DNA of 63,117 nucleotides, the filler included, from Choristocarpus tenellus KU-1152 (taxonomy: Eukaryota; Protista; Phaeophyceae), in NCBI GenBank assembly GCA_964200185.2. It is 9 parts of 9 records of this genome, joined end to end, with 100 filler letters (N's around TTAATTAATTAA, not from the genome) between each part and the next. Parts side by side here need not be neighbours in the genome. Positions count along the whole stretch, not along the records: positions 25,205 to 29,875 come from CAXNAD020013530.1; positions 29,976 to 36,491 come from CAXNAD020007959.1; positions 36,592 to 47,511 come from CAXNAD020002625.1; 6 more parts are not named here. One strand, 5' to 3'. The notes under the pieces were generated by a model that saw only the letters and a program-made list of their open reading frames with translations, was not told the origin of the DNA and made no database searches. The translations under genes were made by a program, and so were the position numbers. This document shows positions 25,387 to 38,822 of the stretch, in pieces; position 1 is the first letter of the stretch, and each line of letters begins with the position of its first letter.

Positions 25387-26257
25387 ACCACCAACAAATA
25401 AGATCAGAATGTTGACCCATCTCAGGATCGCAAAACCACCTTGCACTCAAGAAAAAAAAAAACTCCCAGGTAAATAAAACATAAATTAATGCATGCAGGG
25501 TTCCCGATTCACCTGAAAAGTTGAAGATTGACTTGTCACTTACTAAATACTGAGTATGAGGGAGCTCAGTAGACAAACATGACATTTCCACGTTTACCCC
25601 AGGGGTACAATCAAAAACCTAATCCACCTTATGCCATTATCGCTGGCTTCTTTCTAACACGCTGCCTCAGTCATGTCACCTAAGCAATAGGAGAGCCATG
25701 GTGTGCTAGAGGGGGGGACTAGATTTTGTTGTCCAGATTGATGGTAAAGGGGGGTAAGAAAGATGTTTGTGCCTATCATTTTATCATCCCCTTTTTTTGT
25801 TTTTTTCTGTGATGTGAATGTAATAATTATGATAGTATTACTACTAATAATAGAATAATAGTAATACTAGTAATAGTAGGTAAACACCCATCAGGAGTAT
25901 GTGGATGTACAAAAAGTATTTCCAGAGGAAGAAAACAACCTTTTTTTATCCTGATTAGACAATCCCTAACCCTCACAGTGCCATCAAAATCAGGAGGCAG
26001 TCACAGAGGACTTACGCTATCAACAACAGCATCCCACTCTTGGATGCTTTGCCTAAGACCCTCACCCTATGCCATGAGCACATGCCTGATTAAAAAAATA
26101 AAATAGTCAAGAAATACTTTCCACTCACTGCATCATATTTTTGTAGTGACTTGAAACAGATGCCTTATACACCCTACAAAAACTCACTGCTCTTCAATGC
26201 AGCGAATTTGCACCATGAATAAAAAAAAAAGCACAAGCACATCCATAGGCACATAGA

Positions 26258-26389
26258 CACATACATACATACATAGGTACATACATAGGTACATACATAG
26301 GTACATACATAGACACATACATACATACATACATACATACATACATAGACACATACATACATACATACGTACATACATACATACATACG

Positions 26390-26421
<32 letters not shown>

Positions 26422-26475
26422 TATACATGCACACATACATACATACATCATACATACATACATACATACATACAC
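26258..26475. repeat. (TACA)n microsatellite
   Basis: Read directly. Confidence 0.95.
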
Positions 26476-26989
26476 AATGCAACAAAGCCAATCCCATAGA
26501 TAAGTAATTATATTATGATATCAACTTTTTTATACTTTGCTTCTTCCATCATCCAGAGGCACAAAAAATAAAAATATATACCTTCACTTCAAAAAACAAA
26601 AGAGCCACAAACTTTTAAAGTGAATCAATACTCAATTCCGGCTACTACTGTACTCTTGCACTGAAGTACAATTATCATTTTTAAAATAACCCCCTTTCTA
26701 CCAACACCATTTTATATAATAAAAAGGTCTGTAGAACATAATCATCCATGAAAGACGCTTTTTTTCTTCCAAACAAGAAAAACAGTGTCTGAAGTTCAGA
26801 AAGAATAGTATTGTGAATCAAAAGAATTCATGAGTACAACTTCAATCGGCAAAAGGCCCCCCAGGAGGTGTTTTATCTAGTGAGGGGCCCTACCGGGAGC
26901 AAAAAGCATTTTTTTCTTTTCATTTCCCACAACTAGATACACTTTCACGCCATGTCTCAGACACTTCTTTGAATGTATTATGCACGCAT

Positions 26990-27180
26990 TGCATGTTATT
27001 ATGTATGTATGTATGTATGTGTTATGATGTATGTGTGTATGTATGTATGTATGTATCATGTATTTTATGTATTATGTATGTATGTGTTATGATGTATGTA
27101 TGTATGTATGTATGTATGTATGTATGTATGTACGTATTTTATGTATTATGTATTATGTATTATGTACGTATGTGTGTGTG
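26990..27180. repeat. Degenerate (ATGT)n microsatellite
   Basis: Read directly; it is in the opposite orientation to the 26258 tract. Confidence 0.9.
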
Positions 27181-27218
27181 AGTGTGTTTGTGACTTCATG
27201 TTGCTGCTGCTTCAGTCT

Positions 27219-29776
27219 TCAGGCGATACCCTCCCAGTTGCCCTTGTTGACAGCCTCCAACACACCCACCTTCACCAAAGCATCACAATACAACTTGTGT
27301 CACATAGGGTCACATAGGGTCACATAGGGTCACATAGGAAGGCATGTCACTGAACACAACTTGATGGTCCAGCCTGCTCATTCTTGTGCCACAACGTTCC
27401 CCCCCAATCTCTTGAAAAGCATGCACTCTGAGTCTGCCTCTTGCAGGTGCAGGAACGACCAAAGCATGATAGTAAAAATATTACAGTCTAAGCATGACAA
27501 TCAAAGCATAACAGTCAAAGCATGACAGTCAAAGCATGACAATCAAAGCATGACAGGCAAGCCTTCCTAGGCACACAAACTTTGAGTTCCTTTCCCACCC
27601 CTACTTTATTGGGTGGTTGTTGCTGTAAGCTCCATTGTCCATATCAATTATTGGGACTCCTCCTCCTGAAACCTTGGAAGGCATCAACCTCTACATGTGC
27701 TGCTTCCTCCATGCACTCCCTGACTGTGTATGTTCCAATATCCCACCACCATAACCACCTCACAGTTCATATAGATTACTTCCCCTCACACATTGCAAGA
27801 GAGGCTTTTACGAACCCATAGTGTCACTTTTTTAGGGTTTCCCCCACTCAAGGCGTACAGTATCTGAATGTGGTTTTGATCCCACCACCGGAATATTCTC
27901 TGCCTCCCATGGTCTGTGCTATCCTCCTCCACAATGCCTAGCTAGAACTTTCAAATCAATCTGCCTATAAATCTCCTCATCATCTTTCATCTTCATCTTC
28001 CCCTTAAATGGAATGAAGTAGACATTTTCGTTGTCGAGTCCAGAGAAGCAACCCTAACCCTAACCTGATTATACTGAAATCGCCACTTCCTTCTCCTCAA
28101 TCCTCAACACCCTGCACATTTCCTCCAAGTGCTCCTACCTCTGACTGGACTCTGAACAGGAGCCAACACCCGCCTGAGCTGATTCCACAGCACCTCTTAC
28201 CCCTTCCCTATTGAACAACAAACCAATCAAACAATCCAAACAAACGGATAAGATGGTGTTCCCCCTCCAGCAATGACCCAACATAACCATTGAACAGTCG
28301 CTCTCGTCCTCCAAGGTGACTGTTCAATCTTTGCCTTCACCTGACCCTTCACCTTCCTTGCCACTATCCTCCACAGGCAGAAGGGCATGTCCCTCACACT
28401 GGTCAAAGTCGTGGTCGCATGGGCACCCCCCCTCCTCACCCCTCCCTTCAGAGTACCTAGGTACATCATGGCTCATTTTGTAGTCCCTCAAATGCTTTAC
28501 GGTGCTTGGAATACGTACCTTTTGGTGTGACTTGTGTTTGTTCTACTTTCCTCCAAATATTCTAGGAAATAAGTAAAAAACAACTGAGTAATTTTGTCAC
28601 GAAGATTTTTTATTTTTTATTTTTTATTTTTATTTCTAATAGAATTAGACCGATCCAATCACTACAATTCACAGCACTGAGAAAAAAGGTCCCAAATAAT
28701 AATACATATAATGCATGTAAGGGTTCTCTAGCACATAAATAAAGGTTCTCCAAAACACATAAATGGGTCCCAACTACTCAGTACATATTCTTAAAAACTG
28801 AATAAACAGAAAAAAGGTTAGTAAGTAGTGACACACCCAACACAAACAAGGGCAACAAATTTCAATGGGCATACTTTGGAAATATTTACTAAAAAAAATA
28901 CACAAGATAATTTTTCTTAATGAATTACACCTGGAAAAAGTTTAGCGCTGACAAATCCTCACACTGCCTCCAATATTTTGGGAAATACCAACACTGAGGA
29001 AGGGACAGGGAAAATAACACTTCGAAGTACTACCGTATACATTTTTTTTTTATTAATCATATTGAGCCAATAGGATGCATTTACCCTCACTATTTTTATT
29101 ATTATGAACCAATCATCAACAAAAGATTTGTCCCAAAATATATATACACTTATATTGTATAATTCTATATATAGTCATCCTGTCAAACATCAATAAAATG
29201 TGTATGTCCTCAAACTCACACACAATACTCTTCAAATTGACACCTCCCTGTTTTCCCTGCACAGCTCCCAAAATAGTGACCTCCTCTCTACATCTTGATA
29301 CATGTGTCCTTTTACACATGGATATCAGAATAAAAATCACATATTGTATACTTCCTCCTCTTTTAAAAAATACAAAAAAGATTATCAAAACACACACACA
29401 CACACACATACTGGAATTCTTTCTTGAATTTCTTCAAGGAACATCAATAACTACATAGCACCTTTCTTGTCTAGCCCATATACCCTAATCCTAAACCCAA
29501 GTTCATCAGGAAAAAACAAAAAAAAATGTCAAAAAATTGTCAAGAAAAAATATGGCCTTTGGCTTCAAGTTCAACACCCCTCTGCCGATGCTATAGTGCT
29601 GACTGATCAAGATGTCTCACCTACTGAACAACACATTGAGGTCCACTGCCGTCATGCGTGCCCTAGCCCTGCCAATGAGAGCCAAGCGATCCTTTCTCCT
29701 CTTGGCTTTGCTAGGGTGCAACTCCCCTACGATCAGGACGTCCACCTCTGACAAGTCCAACAGACTTTGCGCAACC
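27219..29776 (-). CDS. 3' end of an unrecognised protein-coding gene
   Basis: Phase-compatible exons 29776-29621, 29287-29220, 28456-28341, 27269-27219 give RVAQSLLDLSEVDVLIVGELHP..DLNVLFSREEVTILGAV..DMPFCLWRIVARKVKGQVGVLEAVNKGNWEGIA*. No family recognised. Confidence 0.5.
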
Positions 29777-30079
29777 CTGCAAGGCAACCCCCCCACACCC
29801 CCCCAACCAACACCCCCAACGACAACAACAAAAACAAAAAAAAAAAACACAAAAAATAAAAAAAAAAAAAAAAAANNNNNNNNNNNNNNNNNNNNNNNNN
29901 NNNNNNNNNNNNNNNNNNNTTAATTAATTAANNNNNNNNNNNNNNNNNNNNNNNNNNNNNNNNNNNNNNNNNNNNGGGGGGGGGGGGTGGGGTGTGGGGT
30001 TTTCCCCTCTCCCCCCCCCCAACCACCCCCCCCCCCCTTCGTCTTTTTCCCCCCCCCCCCCCCCCCCCCCCCCCTGCAG

Positions 30080-30794
30080 AAGAGATTTTGTATGGCAAAA
30101 ACATTGAATTGATTTGATGTTTGAGGCATGGGGGTATTTGCAATACAAGTGCATATTTTTGTTGCGAAGTGTAACATATACTGCAGTAGTAGGCCTTTCT
30201 ATCAGTTGGTAAGCATTTGGGGTGGGAGAGTTTTGCTTATTATTGATTTGAGTGGGTTGGAGAGGGGTTGGAGAGTAGACGAACATATCCCTCTGGCTCA
30301 ATGTAACGTGCAGACTCTTCTATTGGTGGAAATTTTGTTCGTGGAAACTTGCTCCCTGCCCCATTTGGCAAGCACATGCAATTGGCTCAAAGCTCTACAT
30401 TCAAGCTCTCTGTTGATTTCAATGGCTTGCCTCTTTGTACACACCATTTCTCCCTTCTCCCTGCTTCCCAAGGACACCAACCACGTTCACAATTCGTGGT
30501 CTGGATTCATACGAGGCTCAAGTAAGGAATTTTATAGGGGAATCAGAAACACCGAAAGAACGGATGTCAGAAGAAGAGGAGGTGGGGGAGGGAGCAGCAA
30601 GCGGTGCTGACCTAGAGGGGATAGAGATGGAAGATGAAGGGGAGGAGGAGGAGGAGGAGGAGGAGGAGGGAACTGATGGGGACTTGGATGGCGAAGTTGT
30701 GAAGGGGGATACGTTTGATGGGGATGGATTGGATGATATGGAACAGGATGCTGATGAGGTGGAGTTTTTGTGTGAATTTTCGCTCAAGGGGGAG
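30080..30794 (+). CDS. DUF3727-like acidic protein fragment, possibly pseudogenised
   Basis: Exon 30473-30794 (AG..GTGAGT) encodes RTPTTFTIRGL, a long poly-E/D tract, then DEVEFLCEFSLKGE, resembling the recalled RT..TLT..G - acidic - EVELL.SF..EG layout. The candidate upstream exon 30080-30116 (EEILYGKNIELI) lacks a GT donor. Confidence 0.45.
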
Positions 30795-33700
30795 GTGAGT
30801 CTAGCCTTTATCATTTCCGTGACTATATTTTGGGTTTGGGGTTAATGTGCCTCATCGTGTTCAAGTGGGGAGGGTCAAGACGAACACTAGAGAACTGACA
30901 AGGAACTGTCGCGGATGTACTAGCTGATACCATGGTTTCCATCGGACTCTGACTTGTAACCTTCATATGATACGATTTGATGCAGTTTTCCGTTGTTGGT
31001 GCTTGTGTCAGGATGGCATGTGATTATGTTGTTGTGAGTGGTTAGCGAAGGGGGCACTGACATCGGTGTGTGTGTTAGGAGTGTGAACAACAATCCAATC
31101 GTCTTGTTTTTGCTGACATTGTGTCCCCTTCTATCATATAGTGTTACGGATAAACCCAGTAGAATATGGACCTATTTCGCTTTCTAAGAAAATGCTTCAT
31201 TTTGTGTAATATTCGGTTCAGTCAGGTATATTTTTTATCTGATCATTTTACATATGGTGCTCACTTCTGATTATGTAGTGGGGTGAATGATTATGAATTC
31301 AGCTTAAGATGGTATACTGCTTGATGCCTATCATCAAGTATTTAGCTGTTGGCGTCCATGTCAAAATCGGGGGTTCCTTTTGCAAGTTCTGATAGTTCCC
31401 TTATTATTATAGGTTACTCAAGGACACTGGGGAAGACCATACTTGGTTGCCAGAGAGGAAGGAACAGATGCTCAAATCTATCCAGAGCAAATTTTGATAC
31501 TCAATACCAATATCTAGTTGCTGATGCCCTAATCAAGGAGTCAATGGATAGTGAATAAGAGAAGTAAGAGGTCAAGAGGGCTGGCTGCAGTGGTGCTTGC
31601 AGACGAGGGGACACCACAAAACAGGAGGCAAGAGGGAGGCCAACCAAAGATGAGGCAAAGGCTTGCATGGCTGCAGCAAGAAGGAAGCAGGATTTGAATG
31701 CTGCCACAAGCAATGCTCAACAGGCCAGGAAAGGTCATGCCCGAAAATCAAACAGAGGAAATCAAGTATCTTGGCAGAGAGGTTCTTTCTGAGGGGCAGG
31801 CACATGTACTCCTGATCCTGTAGTACCAGTTTTGTCATCCACAGCCATATGGACAAGATTGGGTGGGGCATTGGAGGCCATCCGCTGAGCAGGGGGAGTG
31901 GGATAGCACAATGTTCTTTGGCAATGTGAAGACTTCAGAGGAGGGGAATCTTTAGCACTTTGGGGTTTGGTCGGGGGAGTGTTCAAGTGGACTCCTGGAG
32001 GAGGTGCAAGCTCGTTAAATAACGGCTTGACGAAATGGATACATACATCTGTACACGATATTCGCTAGGAAAGGCGTGTTCTGTCACAGGGGTTTGTTGG
32101 ATTGGGTCAAGACAAAGTCTGGGGTGGAGCTCTTGTCGAAGGAACTGGGTGGCATCCTGAAATGCCTGGGCTATGTGCGTTGAAGGGACTGAACCAAGAT
32201 CACACCTTTGAAAGAGGAGAGGAAAGCACATATTCGAAGTTTCCTGTTTGAATTTGAATATTGGAGGGAAAAAAGAAAAAAAAACCCGGTAACACTCGGA
32301 GTACTCGAAGAATAATAATTTTGGCTTTGCATGTTCTATACTGTCAACCAAAACCACTTGGGGCCGCCAAAAAGAACATGTCCTATGAGTCCTCTGCGTG
32401 TATCAGCTTTCCAGTGCCGTAGGCTTCGCATCATGAGCAGGTTAAGAAAAAAATTGTGTGAATGTCAACGCCAAAAAGTTATTATACCTCAAAATAGAGA
32501 GTCTCCACTTGATCAGATTGTGGGTTCTGCTGGACGCTATATTGTGAGTTGAAGGTGCTACTATTGCTTGATCGACACATTGGGACGCCAGCTTTCATTC
32601 CGTATATACACATTACAGGACGAATCGATCTGCGCCAGGTTTTACAACGTCTTGAATTCCTCCAGCCTATTTTGGGAGGCTGGAGTATTAACTCCAAAAA
32701 GAGGACTAAAGTGGCCTGCGTCTTGAGTTCCATGTGGAGTTAGGACCCCAAACCGACTTCGTGCACTCTAGCCTGCCCCACTGTTCTAACCACATTTTTG
32801 TACTGTCTAACTCAAGAGAAGTTCCGTTTCTCCTGTATGCTAGGCTCATCATCCTTAGTGGAGTCCCTCACTTGCTATTTTGTGCTCAGAATGTTTAAGC
32901 TTCATTGAGCAACACAATGTACCTTTTTTTTTTTAATGGGTGGATGGATGGATGGATGGATGACCACAGGATTTTATGTTGGTTCGTTTCTTGGAGCCGC
33001 TGCTAGTGCTGGCAAAGGAGAATGAAGATGGGAATTTCACATTAGTTAGCGATCTGGAGGATCAGGTGAGAGCTCCCGTGAAGTTGTGTGGATACGCATA
33101 GTGACAGCCAAATAAGCATAATCCCCATGATATGGGAAGATGTGCATCAACACACTTGGTGTTTTCCGTGTGGTTAACTGTTGCAACTGTTGGTGTGAAT
33201 TGAAGTCTTTCTTGACTACTCCTCTTTAGGTTCAGGTGCATAAGTCGCTTTTTTGTGCATCCAATTAGGATGGAGGCGTGGGCACAAACAAAGCAGAGCA
33301 CGCAGTGCATGTTTGCAACCAGAAGTCAACGAATCTGATCCGACCCTTCTCGATAATTGAATGCCAGCTACCTTTGATTCAGTCGAATCTTGGGGAACCA
33401 CAGCACACCTTTTTTAAACAAAAAAATATGAAATGAAGACCGCCTTTGGACAATAGATCCCTGCTGTCTTTTTTCTCCTCTCCTCTCGATGAAGTATCCA
33501 TTATGTCCTTCTTGATATCTTTTAGCCGAAGAGCTGGATGTCGTTGAGCTTCTGATTGTTCTTAGCGGTTATTTTTTTTGTTGTTTCACGTTGAGTTAAG
33601 TGCAGGAACTATTATTGTGCCCTGTGTATTCCTGACTGCAGCTCTGATAATAGATAGATTGCTGCTCCGCATACATTGAGTCCTTTTGACAAATTTTACG

Positions 33701-36591
33701 TAAATAGTGCTTAGGGTTGGACTGGATAAGAGGGTTTGCAGAACCAGTGCATCCTATTTGTTGGCTAGGCGTTCCACGAATTGGCTTGTGTCTCTGTCGG
33801 TCTAGTGAGTGTTGCTCAAGATATGTAGCAAGATTAGACAACAATGCAAGGAACCACGTTTCTTAGAGAGAGGTATACGCATGGATCTCTTCTACTTCCA
33901 CGCCCTAGCGTTGATCTTCAGGTAGTGCTCCTTTTTTAGTCAGTAAGAAGCAGCTGGGCTAAGCCTCTGTTATCATCGGAGCAATGTTCAAACGTCGTTG
34001 TGCACACCATGTTCCCTAGCCTAAACTCTTAGTAGTAGTGGTAGCGGTATTCATTTTCTGGTTTTCGCTGTGCCGGTATGGTTGCCCACCTGTACAGCAC
34101 AGATAGTGCACGTTATCTATTGATACTGGGATCCCTTTGTGATTGGACAATCGCCAGAAATGAGTTGTAGGTTCACCGGAGACAAACGTGTCAAAGTGAG
34201 CCACAATTGGTACTGTCTGTGCAATTTCTTTGCCTACCTGATACCTTTGCTGTTTTTGTCCTACCCTTTTTACAAACACAGTTGTGAAAAGAACAATATT
34301 ATCCACATGAACATCTGATGGGATGCCCCTTCGCCCTTTAGCCTCTTCTACCCTCCCTCTGCAGCTCTTTTTTTGTCCTGATACCCCTCCATTTTGTTAC
34401 TGTACATAAAATAAAAGTTGTACTTCCTCTTTTGCTGTTGGAGTGCTTCACGAGATCTGATCTGTTTTTTTCTTTCCTCCTCTATCCTTGCCTCTTGCAC
34501 CACCCCCCATCGAGCACAGGAGGTCAATCCAATTGTGGAAGAGCTGCTTGGAGCAGCAGTGTTGTGATCGCATTTGGTTGCAGCAAGAAGCACTAGTAGA
34601 CATGTGTCCCATCATAGAGGAGAGCTGATCCCCCCTGCCTTCAATACATGCACACTGTAAATGATCTAAGGTCACCAAACCCAAAACTAATGACAGATTC
34701 TCGATTTTGGGGAGATGTAGAGAGGTTACACATTGGTGTACCTCCTCACTTTCCTTGTTGTTGCGTAAAGAGAGAGAGAGTTGATGTTTGAGTTGTTCCA
34801 GCAATACTTTCAGGGTTAGTTGGCACTTGAGGACGATTGGGGCTTGCTTGTTGGATGTTGGTATACAGGCTATCCTATTGGTGTGTATGTTGCTTTTCAT
34901 GTTATGTTTTAATGAATCGTTCTGAAAAGGGGAATTAGGGGAGAGAAGCATGTGTGAACACCACTCTATTCATGTAAGGATACTCCACTATCAGTAGCTG
35001 AAGGAAGACATTAGAAACTAATCAAAATACTACCAAGGACTTAACACTGTTCGTTAAAGTCAACTATTATAATAGGGACTTGAATAGTACTTGAAGTAGA
35101 GGTGGCTGCTAAGTGAGATGCAGATTTATCTATTTTGGTGGATGCTGTGATGATATCACTTGTCTTGATTGCTTAAGTATAGAGAGGGACATGGGAGCTA
35201 TAGAGTGAGGATAACATGAACTCTAACCTTTTTTTAAGGTTGCGGAGCGGATAGACCCTATTGGCTTGATACATTTTGAGAGAGATCATTTCATCTATGT
35301 TTTTGCTTATTTCGTATATATGCATGTCATGTCCTGTATGTACTCTCTGGGTCTTGGAAGGGTGAAGGAGCAACTCTAATTTCAACATTGCGACTCACAA
35401 GTGCAATGAAGTGTGTATCAATAGGATAGACAACACTGCATTTGATGTATTTAGTTGATCAAGGTTGAGGATTACTATCCCCATTTCTTCATAAAATGTT
35501 CGATGTTGTAGATTCCTCACTTTTGATATGCCAAGACTGACCTTGTGAGAGATAGTGAGAGACAATGTGTCCTATTTGCGGTTGTCCTTAGTACAATACA
35601 CACTGCTCAATATGCTCTTGATTCTGAAATCGGAGGGATAGAGGCTGTTTTGGGGTGAATGCATACATCCCATCGGTTCATCATGAGGAGCTGATAACCA
35701 ACTTGTTTGTGCCATAGTCCTTACCCGTCTAACTTACACCAGTATGTAGTATTGATCTTGGCATGATTTTTCATTTTTATAGTACTACTTTACATCAGCA
35801 ATAGATGATTGTTTCATTATTTGGAGTGATTCTTGGTATGAACTGCTGTGTCATTCTTTTTGTGTTAAACATAGGTGCAGTTTTCTTCTTGTCTTGCCTG
35901 ATTGTGTTGCTTCAAGGTAGTGTGTGCACATTGAGGATGGTGGAATAAAGCACCTGTTGTAGTGGGTGGCAACAGGCAACATCCAATAGTTGTTCAGCTT
36001 CATTTCCTCACTGTGCTATATCCATTATTATACAATCCCTCACCTTACAGGAAGTATTCTATATTCAAAAGACCGCCTGCATACACTCGTAAGAGACATT
36101 GGTGATTATTAGTAAGAAATATACATCCTGTTTGTGTAAAGTCAGCTACGCCAGGTAGACACAAGTTGCTTCCGGATGGATGTGTGCAAAGAATGTGGAT
36201 GAGATATGTTATGAACTGAAAACAAGAACTTACGCTTACATACTGCTTCTCTTCGAGGTCAGGTCTGAGGTGCTATAGTGCCCATCACCACTAAAGAATA
36301 GGTGGGTTGATCAACAGAATTGATTGTGGTTCTTTTTCTGTTGTAGAGTACAAATCACAAGTACCACTTTAAGTAGTATTTACTGGTGGGTTAAATCCTG
36401 TGTTGAGAACTCTTAGACTTTGAAGGGTGAGCTACTACTCATGAATGATGAGTCGAAGTATCTTAGAGGGTAGCGCCGCGTCCATGTGGGGNNNNNNNNN
36501 NNNNNNNNNNNNNNNNNNNNNNNNNNNNNNNNNNNTTAATTAATTAANNNNNNNNNNNNNNNNNNNNNNNNNNNNNNNNNNNNNNNNNNNN

Positions 36592-36857
36592 GCTTGGGCT
36601 TGGGCTGGGGCTGGGGCTTGGGCTTGGGCTTGGGCTGGGGCTTGGGCTTGGGCTTGGGCTTGGGCTGGGGCTGGGGCTTGGGCTTGGGCTGGGGCTTGGG
36701 CTTGGGCTGGCGCTTGGGCTTGGGCTGGCGCTTGGGCTTGGGCTGGCGCTTGGGCTTGGGCTGGCGCTTGGGCTTGGGCTGGCGCTTGGGCTTGGGCTTG
36801 GGCTTGGGCTGGGGCTGGGTCTGGGTCTGGGTCTGGGTCTGGGGCTGGGGCTGGGGC
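36592..36857. repeat. Hexanucleotide (GGCTTG/GGCTGG) microsatellite, in frame with the minus-strand ORF
   Basis: Read directly; translates as [18 protein letters not shown] repeats. Confidence 0.9.
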
Positions 36858-38611
36858 CGTCTCAGTGCTGTCCACACACGCCTCCGGAGACGTGACCTGC
36901 ATTAGGTCGACCCACTGCCGGGCCCGAGGAGGCTGTCGAATCGTGAGGGGCTCTTGTATCACAAGAGATAATGTGTCGCCATCCGTCAGCAAAGAAACGG
37001 CTTCCGGGAGCACTGGCAGGGGGGAGGGGGGAGGGCCGAGGGCCACAGACGGAAGAACCTTACTCTTCACTTCGACTGCACTCTCCGGGTGTACACCTAG
37101 CTCCATCTTGAGGACTTCCAAGGCCTTGGACCAGCTCCAGTCCCAGGAAAGAGGTATAAACACGCTGGTGGAGGGTGGTATGTTGTCGTGGCCAGGGAGG
37201 AGGCGCGCGCGGACAATGACACAGTCCAGCAGGCGCACAGTGATGGTTCCGCAATGTGGAACTGAGGATAGTTCACAATCGAGTTCGCTCTCCTCTCTTA
37301 TCTGGCAGCGCACGACCATGCGGAGAGCAGGGAATATGAGCTCAGGAGGGGATGTATGGGGGGTGCAGCGCCTTTCGGCTCTTGTGGAGTACAAAAAAAC
37401 GTGTTCGGTTGATGGGGGGGGGGTGGGAGGGAGGTGACATGGAGGGACCATTTTGGGAACAGGTAAAACAGTCATGGATGTGTTTAGTGCCATGTTGAAA
37501 GCACTGGGGGATGATAGGAGAGGTGAAAAAGTGCCACACGAACTTCGTACATAAAAAAAAACGAAGAAAGAGAAGCTGGAAGGCATCCGAGAAGGTATAC
37601 GGTGTCACTATTTTTGCGCGAGAGTCCCATCCTCTCTGTGATGTGACAAAGCAACTACACGGAATGAAGAGCAGAGAACAATTCGTGTCTCACCTCCACC
37701 CCTTCCACGGCGGCCACATGTCGGAGCCCCAGCTGGCGCTGAATAGCCCTCTCCAAATCAGCCACGTTCTCCACTGAGCCCTCGCCTGTGCATGGTACCA
37801 CCATGCGAAAAACAAAGTCACCAGATCCCAAACGCACATACAAAATCTTGGTAGGGACCGGCGTTACCTCTTCCTCTCTATTACTTTCTTTTTTAACTTG
37901 CCCAGTGGCCGTTGGGAAGGTGGAGTCCGTAGGCACAGCACAAACCACATCCGAGTCTTGAAGAGCATCCACGGTGGTGATTTCTGCCGCACCACAGTCC
38001 CCGTGGATAGGATCCTCAGCAAACGGACGAACCGATGTCGCAGGATTGTATCCAACAGACACCTTAATCCTTTGGAGGAATCTGTTCCACGTTTCGCTTT
38101 TCCTGTCAACAACCAGCGTTCGCAACATTCCCTTTTCGCCTCTAGGGTAAACTGAAATCATTACCGCTCTAGGCACAACAACCCTCACACAAGCTCCATG
38201 GACCAACAATTCGGGGCTATGGACAATCTCCCGAAATTCATCTGGGTCGCCCACTCGATTCTTTTTATCCATTACAAGAGCTACATCTGCGTTGGATGGT
38301 AAATCAAAGAGGGCCTTCACTGAGGCATGAACACTTTCCACAGTTGTAGTGCTTGCAACTTCTCCCCATCCAGCCAAAGGTAGGACCTCAATTTTAACCT
38401 TTGTCTTTCCAGTGACGGATGATACGAGAGAAAAAGTGATGGGAAGATATTTTTCTATCACCGATATCGCCCTGGCATCGCTTTCCATTGCAGTCACATC
38501 GTCTGGTTCTTCAACTTTTTCCTTGCCCCTATCGCTATCGGTGTCACATACCACTCCATAGGTGTCATCAACAAGCAGATAACCCTCGCCTTCTTGACTT
38601 GGGCATGCCAT
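36592..38611 (-). CDS. Protein with four tandem ubiquitin-like (beta-grasp, KHA/DCX/PB1-like) repeats followed by an (AP/AQ)n tract, 3'-truncated
   Basis: Exon 38611-37694 (donor GTGAGA) splices in phase 0 to 37301, which stays open to the break. Repeat 2, [53 protein letters not shown], resembles KHA/DCX. Repeat 4 ends [11 protein letters not shown]. The coding call is firm; the domain call is tentative. Confidence 0.7.
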
Positions 38612-38822
38612 GATCAGATACTTCTCACTTTCTCGACTGGATTACTTCTATTTCTGTGTCTAGTCCACCCCTACTTCAAGTATCTTAGTTGAAGTCTTGG
38701 CAGGCTTTTTGTAAAGAGGAAGTTGATAACAGACAAAAGAATCCAGTTTCTACTAAATCTAGGTTGGAGGTTATGTTAAGTCCCTAAACCTAGACACGGA
38801 ATGAACCAACCCCCCCTACAGA

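Noticed and set aside
26174-27327. MYVCMYVC-type ORFs, also the WGFDM, HTHT, ERER and GLGW ORFs elsewhere
   Set aside because: These are translations of microsatellites.
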